Assembly: GCA_963744115.1 (NCBI GenBank)
Contig: CAVUSI010000003.1
Coordinates: forward strand, 1,480,932-1,544,931
Direction of reading: 5' to 3'
Length of the DNA: 64,000 bases
Source of the DNA: an uncultured Chloroflexia bacterium
GTDB lineage: Bacteria; Chloroflexota; Limnocylindria; Limnocylindrales; CSP1-4
Shown: piece after piece, positions 1-9,290 of the stretch
Layout: every line of letters starts with the position of its first letter
Position numbering within the stretch: the stretch's first letter is position 1
Program-made: the position numbers and the translations under genes
The notes under the pieces: generated by a model
Database searches by the model: none
What the model was told of the DNA's origin: nothing
The model's input: only the letters and a program-made list of their open reading frames with translations

Positions 1-234
1 CAGGTGGCGACCGCGCCGACCAGGAACATCGCCATGAGCACCGGAGTCGAGAGGTCGCCCAACCTGCCCTGCCGCTGCGGCTTCGTCGACGACTAGGATT
101 GCGCATCCAGCGTCGTGTTACGCGACTGGTTCGACGTCGTGGCCGGGCGCGAGCCTCCCGGCGGCGGGCCACCGCTCTGCGTCTTCCTGCAGGGTCGGAC
201 GGACGGGCTATTGCCTCGTCGCGTGTCGACCACC

Positions 235-1068
235 ATGCTGGCCCGCGTGACCAGTCGGACATCTCGGCGAGCCCCCGCCCTGCTCCTCGTGGGCCTGATC
301 CTGGCCGCCCTGACCTTGCTGCTGCTCACGCTCGCACCGATGGTGGGTCAGCCGCGGCGGGTGGTCGCAGTCGTTGTCATCGGGATCGTCTTCGATGCCG
401 GGCTGTATCTCGTTCTCCGTCGGGAGCCGACGTTGAGTCCGAGGTTGCGAGAGGTGGTCGGCTTGGTCGTGCTCGGCGTCTTCGTCGTCGCGCTTTATGG
501 TCTGATCGTCTGGGCAGGCACCGTCCGGCTCATCGAAGGGAGGATGGGTGTGGTCGCACTCATCTTGTCGCCGTGGGCCCTCGTGATCGTCGCCGGCGTC
601 GTTGCACTGGCGGATCGGCGCCGCGGGCGTCGGCGTTCGTTCGCGATCGACCCTGTCCGGTTGATCGTCATCGCCGCCGTGGCGACTGCCGCGTGGTTCA
701 ATGGGGGCCAGTACGAGGTGTGGACGACGTTCCGGCGTGAGCCCGGCACCGTCGCCGCGAGTGTCTTGACGCTGTCGATCGCGGCGGTCCTCATCGTGTC
801 GTCCCGACTCCGTCCTGGTTGGTTGGAGGGCCGGCCAGCGTTTGCAGTGCGTCAGACGGGCGCCGACAGCATCGCCGAGCCTGACCGGACGCCGACGGCT
901 GGCGTGACCGAGGCCGTCGCGGCGGGGCCGACCTGGCTCGAGTACCTGGTGATGGGTGTGGCGATCATCGTCGTCCTGTTCTTCTCCATGTCGTTCATGA
1001 ACAATGGGCATGTATCGAAGATCCTGAGGCCGATCGAGTCGTACCCGCCGGTCGCCCCGTCCTACTAG
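235..1068 (+). CDS. hypothetical polytopic membrane protein
   Basis: Part of ORF 115..1068. The ATG at 235 (MLARVTSRTSRR) sits directly before a series of hydrophobic helices (LLLVGLILAALTLLLL, VVAVVVIGIVF, LVVLGVFVVALYGLIVW...). Third positions are G/C-rich. No family motif recognised. Confidence 0.5.
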   Translation: MLARVTSRTSRRAPALLLVGLILAALTLLLLTLAPMVGQPRRVVAVVVIGIVFDAGLYLVLRREPTLSPRLREVVGLVVLGVFVVALYGLIVWAGTVRLIEGRMGVVALILSPWALVIVAGVVALADRRRGRRRSFAIDPVRLIVIAAVATAAWFNGGQYEVWTTFRREPGTVAASVLTLSIAAVLIVSSRLRPGWLEGRPAFAVRQTGADSIAEPDRTPTAGVTEAVAAGPTWLEYLVMGVAIIVVLFFSMSFMNNGHVSKILRPIESYPPVAPSY

Positions 1069-1249
1069 CGAGTGGCGTGGCGCCCGGCCGTGCCAGGCGG
1101 GCCCCCGGTCTGCCAAGATCCGCGGTGGTTCGTGTCCATGCCGCCGAGTGCCCCCGACCCCCACCTCTGAGCTCGTGCCCCTTCTGGTGGGGTTTCTCAT
1201 CGGACGCACCACTCGGCGGTTCCGACCTCTGGCGGTACTGTTCTCGGCG

Positions 1250-1903
1250 ATGAACTCTCCCGCCCACGCCGCGATCCGGCGCCAGAGGCCCGATGACGCC
1301 ACCGCCCTCCGCGACGTGATCGGCCGTGCCTTCGAGGGGCAGCCCGAGGTCGTCGCCCTGGAGGAGGCTCTGGCGCAGCGCGCCGACAGCACCGGCTACG
1401 TCGCCCTGGTCGATGACCGGGTGGTCGGTCACGTCCGGCTCACGCGAGGCTGGATCGACTCGGAGGCGCGACTGGTCGATGTGCTCGTGCTCAGCCCCCT
1501 GTCGGTCGCGCCGGAGTGGCAGCGCCGGGGGATCGGTCGAGCGCTCGTCGCCCACGCCGTGGCGGAGGCGGAGCGTGCCGGCGCTCCGGCGGTCTTCCTG
1601 GAGGGCGACCCCGCCTACTACGTGCGGCTCGGCTGGAGACCCGCCTCCGACCTGGGCGTGACGCCGCCATCCGCCAGGATCCCTGAGCCTGCCTGCCAGG
1701 CCGTCCCGCTCCCTGGGTGGGAGCCCTGGATGCGCGGGGCGCTCGTCTATGCGGAGACGTTCTGGGCGCTCGACTGTGTCGGCCTTCGGGGCGACAGTCT
1801 CGCTCGCGCCCGCGCGAGATCGGGGGACGACACGGCCAGCCATCGCTCCGCGTCGCCCGACCCCGTCAGTGGCGCGGCTGTGCCGAGGCGGCCTCCCACC
1901 TGA
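1250..1903 (+). CDS. GNAT family N-acetyltransferase (YhbS-like)
   Basis: ORF 1148..1903 trimmed to the ATG at 1250 (MNSPAHAAIRRQRPDD). Carries a GNAT acetyl-CoA motif (VAPEWQRRGIGRALVAHAV). The 3' end overlaps the convergent CDF gene. Confidence 0.75.
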   Translation: MNSPAHAAIRRQRPDDATALRDVIGRAFEGQPEVVALEEALAQRADSTGYVALVDDRVVGHVRLTRGWIDSEARLVDVLVLSPLSVAPEWQRRGIGRALVAHAVAEAERAGAPAVFLEGDPAYYVRLGWRPASDLGVTPPSARIPEPACQAVPLPGWEPWMRGALVYAETFWALDCVGLRGDSLARARARSGDDTASHRSASPDPVSGAAVPRRPPT

Positions 1904-2768
1904 CGTGGTCCGGCGTCTCGAGCTGGAAGGTCGAGTGGCTGATGTCGAAGTCATCGGTCAGGCAACGACCGAGCTCATCGAGAACCTCCCCGGGCTGACC
2001 GTCCGGCGTCAGCACGACGTGGGCGGACACGACGTTCATGCCGCTTGTGATCGTCCAGGCGTGGAGGTCGTGGACGTCCGCCACGCCTGCGGCCTCGAGG
2101 ATGTGGCTTCGGACGTGGTCGAGGTCGACGCCCTTCGGGGTGGCCTCGAGGAGGATGTCGATGCTGTCCCGCAGGAGCGTCAGCGCTCGCGGGACGATCA
2201 GGATCCCGATGACGATCGAGGCGACGGCATCTGCCTGCGCCCAGCCGGTCGCGAAGATGACGACGCCGGCGACCAAGACCGCGGCCGCCCCGAGGAGGTC
2301 ACCGGCGACCTCGAGATAGGCGGCCCGCACGTTCAGACTCTTGTGCCGTCCTTCGGCAAGGAGGCGCAATGAGACGAGGTTGCCGGTCAGGGCGATCGCG
2401 GCGACGACGATGACGACGCCCGACTCGATGTCGGGCGGGGTGACGAACCGTCGGACCCCTTCGAGGACCACGACGATCGCGATCCCCAGAAGGAGGATCG
2501 CATTCGCGGTCGCGGCCACGATCTCCAGGCGGTACAGCCCGAACGTGCGAGACGTGGTCCGCGGCCGTGCGGCGACCCAGATCGCGGCCAACGACAGGGC
2601 CATCCCAGAGACGTCCGCGAAGATGTGGCCGGCGTCGGCGAGGAGAGCCAGGGAGTTGCTGACGATCCCGGCGACGACCTCGACGACGAAGATCCCTGCA
2701 CCGATGGCCATGGCGGCGGCGATCCGTCGCCACCGCTGGCCTGCCGCACTGGCGGAGTGGTGCTCCAT
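1866..2768 (-). CDS. cation diffusion facilitator (CzcD/ZitB-like divalent metal efflux)
   Basis: 300-aa ORF with six TM helices. Has CDF metal-site motifs (LLADAGHIFADV; LEVAGDLLGA) and a C-terminal cytoplasmic domain with HDLHAW. Confidence 0.9.
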   Translation of the reverse strand: MEHHSASAAGQRWRRIAAAMAIGAGIFVVEVVAGIVSNSLALLADAGHIFADVSGMALSLAAIWVAARPRTTSRTFGLYRLEIVAATANAILLLGIAIVVVLEGVRRFVTPPDIESGVVIVVAAIALTGNLVSLRLLAEGRHKSLNVRAAYLEVAGDLLGAAAVLVAGVVIFATGWAQADAVASIVIGILIVPRALTLLRDSIDILLEATPKGVDLDHVRSHILEAAGVADVHDLHAWTITSGMNVVSAHVVLTPDGQPGEVLDELGRCLTDDFDISHSTFQLETPDHVRWEAASAQPRH

Positions 2769-2821
2769 CGGGCGGAGCCTAGCGGTTTCTCATGCGCAGG
2801 ACGGATGGTGTCCGCCGCATT

Positions 2822-3166
2822 TCAGCGGTTGCCGCAGATCACCGCATGACCCCAGAGGGCACACTCTCGGACGGCGTCGACGTTGTCAGGCCGACGTAGA
2901 GCAGGCCCATGATCCCGACGATTCAGGACGATCCCCACGATGACGCACCCGAGGGCCAGGCCGAAGTTTCGCTTGGCGGAGCCGCCGCCGCTCGACCCTG
3001 CGCCAAGCGGTGAGGTCCACTGCGGGGGCGGAGCTTGCTCCGGCCGTGGACCCGCGGGTCCGTCCGCGACGGAGCCCGAGGCCAGGGCGGTGCCGCAGTT
3101 CGCGCAGAACCGGGCACCGACCTGAGTCGGCGAGCCGCATGTCGGGCAGGATGCTCCAGAAGCCAC
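2822..3166 (-). CDS. zinc-ribbon domain membrane protein
   Basis: N-terminal CPTCG-x11-FCANCG double-CxxC zinc ribbon, then a Pro/Gly linker and one TM helix (FGLALGCVIVGIVL). Confidence 0.6.
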   Translation of the reverse strand: MASGASCPTCGSPTQVGARFCANCGTALASGSVADGPAGPRPEQAPPPQWTSPLGAGSSGGGSAKRNFGLALGCVIVGIVLNRRDHGPALRRPDNVDAVRECALWGHAVICGNR

Positions 3167-3231
3167 GATCGAACTGTACGGCGCCCGTCATCGACGATGC
3201 GGTCAGACGCGCATCTCGTCTGCGTCTCTGG

Positions 3232-3795
3232 TCAACTGTGGTCAGCTGCTCCCTCGGGCCAGAGCGTCGCGGCGACGAGGGAGGCGAGCGCGAGGGCGAA
3301 GAGCGTCACGACCCACCCGACGCCGACGAGCAGACCGAGCGACGCGACGCGCTCCTCGACGACCCGGAGCGAGCGGCCCGCCAGGACGGTCCCTCCGCTC
3401 CACGGAACGGTGACGGTGGCGACCCTCACGCCCGCGCGTGGCTGCCAGGTGACCGCGTCTCGGCCGCTGGCTCGTGCGCTGTCGAGGACACCGCGGGGGA
3501 CTCGGGGAGCGCTGCCGTCCAGCGTGCCATCGGTCGCGACGACCGCACCCGCCGGGTCGTAGACGACGACGAACGGCGCCAGGCTCCGGGCGATGTCCAC
3601 GGTGGTGGCACCGATGACGGTCGTCGGATCGGCTCCGCCATCGAGCTTCGCGGCCGCGTCCTCCACGATCTGCTGCTGGGGATCGTTCGCGCCGGTCCTC
3701 AGGTCTTGCTGGACGGCGACGTAGACGAGCCCGCACAGCGCGGTCGCGAGGACGGCGCCGGGCAGGAAGATGGCGAGCGTCCGGCGGAACCGCAT
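3232..3795 (-). CDS. hypothetical bitopic membrane protein with extracytoplasmic domain
   Basis: 187-aa ORF. TM helices lie at the N-terminus (LAIFLPGAVLATALCGLVYVAV) and C-terminus (LGLLVGVGWVVTLFALALASLVAA), flanking a soluble domain. Sits 3 nt downstream of the 3799..4872 gene. Confidence 0.55.
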   Translation of the reverse strand: MRFRRTLAIFLPGAVLATALCGLVYVAVQQDLRTGANDPQQQIVEDAAAKLDGGADPTTVIGATTVDIARSLAPFVVVYDPAGAVVATDGTLDGSAPRVPRGVLDSARASGRDAVTWQPRAGVRVATVTVPWSGGTVLAGRSLRVVEERVASLGLLVGVGWVVTLFALALASLVAATLWPEGAADHS

Positions 3796-3798
3796 CGG

Positions 3799-4872
3799 TC
3801 AGGTGACGAGCCCCGGCCCGCGGCTGTTACGGACGTCAGGCGCTGGGGGAGGGGGTCGGCGTCGGCTCGACGGCCGGGCTGTCGGTCGGGCGGGTGTCGG
3901 GGTCGGCGTCGTCGTCGGGACTGGGGTATCGGTCGGACTCGGCGTTGGTGCTTCGGGTCGGCGTGGGTGGACTGATGTCGGTGCCGGGGTGGCGGGGGTC
4001 GGCGTCGGCGTCGACGTGGTCGTGACGCCGCCCTTCGGTTCCCACGCGCCCGTGGGGACGGCCGCCCCGTCGGGGAGCGGGACGATGGCCACGAACAGGC
4101 CCTCGATCCGGTCGTCCCGCCGGGCGTCGTGGTAGGCGGTGTAGTTCCGCGCGAGCGAGCTCATGTACAGCCGCGTACCCGGGCGGTAGATCCGGTACTT
4201 GTTGACGCGGTAGTAGGGCCACAGCGGGTCCGCGATGCGAACCGTCACGACCCGGTAGTCGTCCGTCTGGGTGGGGTCCGCGGTCGCCTCGAAGCCGGTC
4301 AGGACCCAGGCGTGCACGCCGTGCCAGACGACGATCCCGGCCGGGCGCCCGGTGGTCGCCATGCCCTTGGCGGCGGCCTTGACCGCACCGGCCATCGTCG
4401 GCGCGGCGATCAGGACGTATCGGCCCTGCCCGGCGAGGGACGTCGCGGTCGCCCAGCCGTACGGGTCGGCCCCACCGTCCGCGGTGTAGCGGCTGTTGGC
4501 TCGGGCGATCCGCCACAGTCGCCGCTGCAGGTTGGGACCGCGGTTGTTGTAGCTCCAGATCATGTTCCGCATCGTCTGGAGGGAGGCTCCGACGCACTGG
4601 AACCGGGTGTACTGCCGGGAGAAGTCGCCGGCGTGGAGGAGGGACATCCGGTAGGCGATGACGATCGGCGACGGCGACGGAGTCGGGGTCGGGGTCGGGG
4701 TGGCGGTCGGATCGCCCCCATCGGTCGGGGTGGGTGTCGGGTCGGCGCCGGCCACGCCGGCGGCCAGCGGCCCGCCGAGAAGCGCGGCGGCGAGCACGGC
4801 GGCCCAACCGATCGCCAGCAGACGAGCGCGTCGTTCGCGCGTGGATGGCGCCGCGATCATGTCTCCCACCAT
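3799..4872 (-). CDS. secreted/anchored protein with papain-like (C39-like) core flanked by Thr/Pro linkers
   Basis: ORF 3799..5145 trimmed to the ATG at 4872 (MVGDMIAAPS). Has a signal/anchor sequence (LLAIGWAAVLAAALLGG), (TP)n linkers on both sides, and a core with QYTRFQCVGASLQTM and VVWHGVHAWVLTGFE (Gln/Cys...His pattern). Confidence 0.6.
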   Translation of the reverse strand: MVGDMIAAPSTRERRARLLAIGWAAVLAAALLGGPLAAGVAGADPTPTPTDGGDPTATPTPTPTPSPSPIVIAYRMSLLHAGDFSRQYTRFQCVGASLQTMRNMIWSYNNRGPNLQRRLWRIARANSRYTADGGADPYGWATATSLAGQGRYVLIAAPTMAGAVKAAAKGMATTGRPAGIVVWHGVHAWVLTGFEATADPTQTDDYRVVTVRIADPLWPYYRVNKYRIYRPGTRLYMSSLARNYTAYHDARRDDRIEGLFVAIVPLPDGAAVPTGAWEPKGGVTTTSTPTPTPATPAPTSVHPRRPEAPTPSPTDTPVPTTTPTPTPARPTARPSSRRRPPPPAPDVRNSRGPGLVT

Positions 4873-4952
4873 AGCCGACGCAAGGCGGCCGCACCGTATC
4901 GCCCGTTCGTCCCACGGCCGGCCCGCCGTCCCACCTATGTAGACTCGGCCGG

Positions 4953-6466
4953 ATGAGCGCGGATCTCGATCCCGAGCAGGTGTCCGGCGTCCTCGACATG
5001 GACCCGGAGGAGTTCCGCGAGGCCGCCCATGCGGTCGTCGACCTGATGGCCGACTACCTGGCGGGCGTCGAGACCTACCCGGTCCTGCCGCCGGTCGAGC
5101 CCGGCTCGCTCCGCCCGCTGTTTCCAGCCGCCCCACCGGACACACCGGAAGCCATCGAGGCGATCCTCGCCGACTACCGGACGCTGGTCGAGCCGAACGC
5201 GACGCACTGGCAGCACCCGGGGTTCATGGCCTACTTCGCGACGACGGCCTCCGGGCCGGGCATCCTGGGCGAGATGCTGACGGCCGCGCTGGGCCAGAAC
5301 GCCATGCTGTGGCGGACGTCGCCGGTCGGAACGGAGCTCGAGGGCGTCGTGGTCGACTGGCTGCGCCAGGCGCTCGGCCTGCCGGACGGGTTCGACGGGT
5401 TGCTGACGGACACCGCGTCGACGTCGACGCTTATCGGGCTCGCGGCGGCCCGGGAGGCCAGCGGCGCCGACGTCGCCGCGCGGGGACTCAGCGGGCGGGA
5501 CGAGCTCGGCCCGGGCCTGAGGGTGTACGCCTCGGCCGAGGCGCACTCGTCCGTCGAGCGGGCCTGTATGACGCTGGGCCTCGGTCGCGTCGGCCTGCGG
5601 CGGATCCCGACCGACGAGCAGTACCGGATGCGGGTCGGAGCCCTGGAGGCCGCGATCGTGGAGGACCGGGCGGCCGGGCTGTGGCCGATCGCGGTGGTCG
5701 CCACCCTCGGGACGACGAGCTCGACGTCGGTCGACCCCATGTCGGCCATCGCGGAGGTCGCCGAGCGAGAGGGCCTGTGGCTGCATGTCGATGCGGCCTA
5801 TGCGGGTGCGGTCGCGCTGCTGCCCGATCGCCGGGCGCCCGTTCGCCGGCTGGGAGCGCGCCGACTCCCTCGTCGTCAATCCGCACAAGTGGCTGTACAC
5901 GCCGCTCGACGCCTCGCTCCTGCTCAGTCGACGGATGGAGGCGATCCGGTCGGCGTTCAGCCTCGTGCCGGAGTACCTGCGGACGCTCGATCGGGTCGGT
6001 CCGGTCCGGGACTACAGCGAGTATCAGCCGCAGCTCGGGTCGGCGATTCCGGGCGCTCAAGCTGTGGTTCCTGATCCGGTGGTTCGGACTCGACGGCCTG
6101 CGCCGGAGGATCGCCCGACACCTCGAGCTCGCCGCGGGGTTCGCCGCGATGGTGGATGCCGATCCGGACTGGGAACGGCTGGCACCGGTCCCGTTCTCGA
6201 CGGTCTGCTTCCGGTGGCGTTCGGCGGCGATCGCGGGCAGGACCGACGAGCCGGACGTCCGCGCCTTCCTGGACGACCGCAACGCCGGGATCCTGGACGC
6301 GGTGAACCGGACGGGCGAGGTCTTCCTGTCGCACACCCGGCTGGACGATCGCTTCACGATCCGGCTGTCCGTGGGCAACCTGCGGACCGAGGCCCGGCAC
6401 GTCCAACGGGCCTGGGACCTGCTTCGGCGGGAGGCCCGTCGCCTCGATGGTCGTCCCGACGGCTAG
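4953..6466 (+). pseudogene. group II PLP-dependent (aromatic-L-amino-acid type) decarboxylase, disrupted by two +1 frame changes
   Basis: Homology runs through three frames. Frame of 4953 carries ...HWQHPGFMAYF...DAAYAGAVALLPDRRAP. Frame of 5785 carries FAGWERADSLVVNPHKWLYTPLDAS...DYSEYQPQLG. Frame of 5309 carries RRFRALKLWFLIRWFG... to the stop at 6466. The switches lie near 5838-5841 and near 6040. Confidence 0.8.
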
Positions 6467-6475
6467 CATGGGTGG

Positions 6476-7651
6476 ATGCGCGATGCTCTGTCCGAACGGC
6501 TGACTCAAGCTTCGACCCGACTCCGCGCGCTGCCGCTGGGGGACGTCTTCGACCCCGAGGCTCCGGCGGCCCTGATCGCGTCCGGACTCCACCTTGCCCC
6601 GGTCCCGGTCGAGGCCGGCGGGCTCGGGCTCGGGATGCTCGAGGCCGTCGAACTGCTCGCCACGCTTGCGGCGATCGACGGCTCGGTCGGGCTCGGCTTC
6701 GCGATGCACGTCCACGTCGTCGGGTCGATGCCGCAGTCGAGCGGCTGGGCGATCGGACGCCGGGAGGCGATCTACGGCGCGATCCGGGACCAGGGTGCGT
6801 TGATCAACGCCGCGTCGACCGAGGACCAGGGCGGCAGTCCGGCTCGGGGCGCGATCCCCGGAACGACGGCGATGGTGGAGTCCGACGGTGGGTTCACGAT
6901 CAGCGGAGAGAAGTCGTGGACGACGTGGCTGCCGGCCCTTCGCCTGGCGATCGTCAGCGCGCGGATCTCGGATCCGTCGGCGGAGCCCGCTGAGGTCCCC
7001 GAGGTCGGGGCGTTCGTGGTGGACCTCCGTTCGGTCGGGGTCACCCGGCTGCCCGGCTTCGAGGCCCTCGGGATGCGCGGCTCGGCGTCCGGCCGGCTGG
7101 CGCTCGATGGCGTCCGGGTGCCGTCCGAGGCGCTCGTCGTGCGTCGGCGCGCGGATCAGGCAGATCCTCGCGGGCCGGCCCCGGGTGCCTGGTTCCAGAT
7201 GGTCGTGGCCGCCGTCTACCTCGGGGTAGGGGAGCAGGCCAGGCGCGAGGTGGTCCGCTGGGCGATCGATCGGCGGCCCGGTGACGGCTCGACTGCGGTC
7301 GCCGACATCCCATCGGTCCGGGTCCGCCTCGGACGTCTCGATGCAGCCGTCCGGACCGCTCGGATCGTCGTCGGGGACGTTGCCCGCCGCTGGGACGCAG
7401 CGGCACCGGACGAGCGTGGCGCGCTCCTCGGTGATGTCGCCCTCGCCAAGTCCATCGCGACGAGGGCCGCCGTGGAGGCGACCGACGAAGCACTCCGGAT
7501 CGCCGGCGGTCCTGGGTTCCTGGCGGGTCCACTCGAACGCGCCTTCCGTGACGCGCGCGCCGGGCTGATCAACCCGCCGCTCGAGGACGTGCTGCTGGCC
7601 GGCTTCGCGGCGACGCTGGTCGAGCGCGAGCGGGATCGCGCCGGCGACTGA
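6476..7651 (+). CDS. acyl-CoA dehydrogenase-fold flavoprotein (atypical)
   Basis: 391-aa ORF with ACAD-like layout (GGSPARG...TISGEKSWTTW; C-terminal GGPGFLAGPLERAFRDARAG). Where the bona fide ACAD at 22774 has YEGT, this protein reads INPPL. Confidence 0.7.
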   Translation: MRDALSERLTQASTRLRALPLGDVFDPEAPAALIASGLHLAPVPVEAGGLGLGMLEAVELLATLAAIDGSVGLGFAMHVHVVGSMPQSSGWAIGRREAIYGAIRDQGALINAASTEDQGGSPARGAIPGTTAMVESDGGFTISGEKSWTTWLPALRLAIVSARISDPSAEPAEVPEVGAFVVDLRSVGVTRLPGFEALGMRGSASGRLALDGVRVPSEALVVRRRADQADPRGPAPGAWFQMVVAAVYLGVGEQARREVVRWAIDRRPGDGSTAVADIPSVRVRLGRLDAAVRTARIVVGDVARRWDAAAPDERGALLGDVALAKSIATRAAVEATDEALRIAGGPGFLAGPLERAFRDARAGLINPPLEDVLLAGFAATLVERERDRAGD

Positions 7652-7730
7652 GCGTGGGCTAGACTCGAGCGGATCGTCAGAGCACCCAGCGCGCCGCCCG
7701 TCGAGCGGCCGCGCCACGAGGAGATCCGAG

Positions 7731-9251
7731 ATGGCCGTCAAGGTCGCGACCGACTACCCGATGTTCATCAACGGCGCCGCCGCCACCTCGCTGAGCGGGG
7801 CGTGGCTCGAGGTCCACAGCCCGGCGACCGGCGAGCTGGTCGGACGGGTCCCAGCCGGGACCGAGGCGGACGTCGATCGCGCGGTGGCGGCCGCCCGTGC
7901 GGCCTTCCGGGACGGCCGCTGGTCGCGGCTGGGCCTGCCCGACCGCGTCGCGGCGATGAACCGACTGGCAGATCTGTGCGACGAACACGCCGACGAACTG
8001 GCCCTCATCGAGACGCAGCAGACCGGGACCGCGTACAAACTCCGGCGCGAGTCGGACTTCGCCTTCGCCTCGGACAACCTGCGCTTCTTCGCCGGCCAGA
8101 TCCGGCATCTCGAAGGCAAAGCCGCGTACGAATACAGCGGCAGCCATACGTCGATGATCCGGCGCGAGCCGATCGGGGTGGTGGCCCAGGTGGCTCCCTG
8201 GAACTACCCGTTCTGGATGGCGATCTGGAAGATCGGGCCTGCGCTCGCGGCCGGCAACTCGATCGTCCTCAAGCCGGCCAGCGCGACGCCCATCACGACG
8301 ATCCGGCTGGCTGAGCTGGCCGTCGAGGCCGGGGTGCCCGCCGGCGTCCTCAACGTCGTGACCGGTCGCGGAGATATCGTCGGGGCGGCGATGGCGGCGC
8401 ACATGGACGTGGACCTGATCTCCCTGACCGGCGATTCCGAGACCGGCAAGCGGATCCAGGCGCTGGCGGCGAACAACGTCAAGCGCGTCCATCTCGAGCT
8501 CGGTGGCAAGGCGCCGTTCATCGTCCACGCGGACGCCGACCTCGAAGCGGCCGCGCGGGGAGCGACCGCCGGCGCGCTGATCAACGGCGGCCAGGACTGC
8601 ACCGCGGCCACCAGGGCCTACGTGCATCGGTCCGTGTACGACGCGTTCCTCGCCCGGACGGCCGTCCTGTTCGATGGCGTCCGGGTCGGCGATCCGATGG
8701 ACCCGACGACCGACCTCGGCACGCTTATCAGTCAGGCCCAGGTCGAGCGGGTCGACGGGTTCGTCCGGCGGGCGGAGCAGGCCGGCGCGACGATCGCCGC
8801 GGGTGGCTATCGACCCGACGTGCCCGGCTTCCCGAACGGCGCGTTCTACCGCCCGACGATCGTCGCCGACTGCGCCCAGGACAGCGAGATCGTCCAGAAG
8901 GAGGTGTTCGGCCCGGTCCTGACGGTCATGCCGTTCGATACCGACGAAGAGGCGCTCGCCATGGCCAACGACACGAAGTACGGCCTTGCCGCCTCGATCT
9001 GGACCCGCGACGTCTTCCGGGCGATGGAGGCCGCGCGGAGCCTGAACTTCGGCCACGTCCAGGTCAACGACCACCTGATGGTCACCTCGGAGATGCCGCA
9101 CGGCGGGTTCAAGCAGTCGGGCTTCGGGAAGGACATGTCGAGCTACTCATTCGACGAGTACACACAGGTCAAGCACGTGATGATCGAGCTCACCGGCGAG
9201 CCCGAGAAGCCCTGGCATTACACGATCTTCGGCGACAAGCCGACGGCGTAG
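7731..9251 (+). CDS. NAD-dependent aldehyde dehydrogenase (gamma-aminobutyraldehyde dehydrogenase/PatD-like)
   Basis: 506-aa ORF. Has the catalytic Glu motif LELGGKAP and Cys motif GQDCTAA, plus VAPWNYPF and PHGGFKQSGFGKD. Carries about 19 extra C-terminal residues (TGEPEKPWHYTIFGDKPTA). Confidence 0.9.
   Translation: MAVKVATDYPMFINGAAATSLSGAWLEVHSPATGELVGRVPAGTEADVDRAVAAARAAFRDGRWSRLGLPDRVAAMNRLADLCDEHADELALIETQQTGTAYKLRRESDFAFASDNLRFFAGQIRHLEGKAAYEYSGSHTSMIRREPIGVVAQVAPWNYPFWMAIWKIGPALAAGNSIVLKPASATPITTIRLAELAVEAGVPAGVLNVVTGRGDIVGAAMAAHMDVDLISLTGDSETGKRIQALAANNVKRVHLELGGKAPFIVHADADLEAAARGATAGALINGGQDCTAATRAYVHRSVYDAFLARTAVLFDGVRVGDPMDPTTDLGTLISQAQVERVDGFVRRAEQAGATIAAGGYRPDVPGFPNGAFYRPTIVADCAQDSEIVQKEVFGPVLTVMPFDTDEEALAMANDTKYGLAASIWTRDVFRAMEAARSLNFGHVQVNDHLMVTSEMPHGGFKQSGFGKDMSSYSFDEYTQVKHVMIELTGEPEKPWHYTIFGDKPTA
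9220..9242. repeat. 23-nt core (acacgatcttcggcgacaagccg) at the aldH 3' end, copy 0
   Basis: Identical to 13253..13275. Copy 0 (9218..9242) matches 11000..11024 at 24 of 25 positions. Read directly from the sequence. Confidence 0.9.
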
Positions 9252-9290
9252 GCGGGTCCACAAGCCGAGGGAGTCGGCTACCCTACGGTC

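Noticed and set aside
1-96. Gene fragments at the left edge. A + frame is open from the window edge to the TAG at 94..96. A minus-strand ATG at 35 begins MAMFLVGAVAT... and leaves the window.
   Set aside because: Both frames look coding-like, and the fragment is too short to choose between them or to name a product.
3836-4745. Short tandem nucleotide repeats (ggggtcggggtcggggtc..., gtcggcgtcggcgtc) that look like an array at first glance.
   Set aside because: They are the coding sequence for the (TP)n/(PT)n linkers of the 3799..4872 protein. There is no repeat-spacer organisation, so this is not CRISPR.
4953-6466. Programmed +1 frameshifting as the explanation for the split decarboxylase.
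   Set aside because: Neither junction has a slippery or stop-codon-stimulated motif, and two independent recoding sites in one gene is implausible. Pseudogene or local error is simpler.
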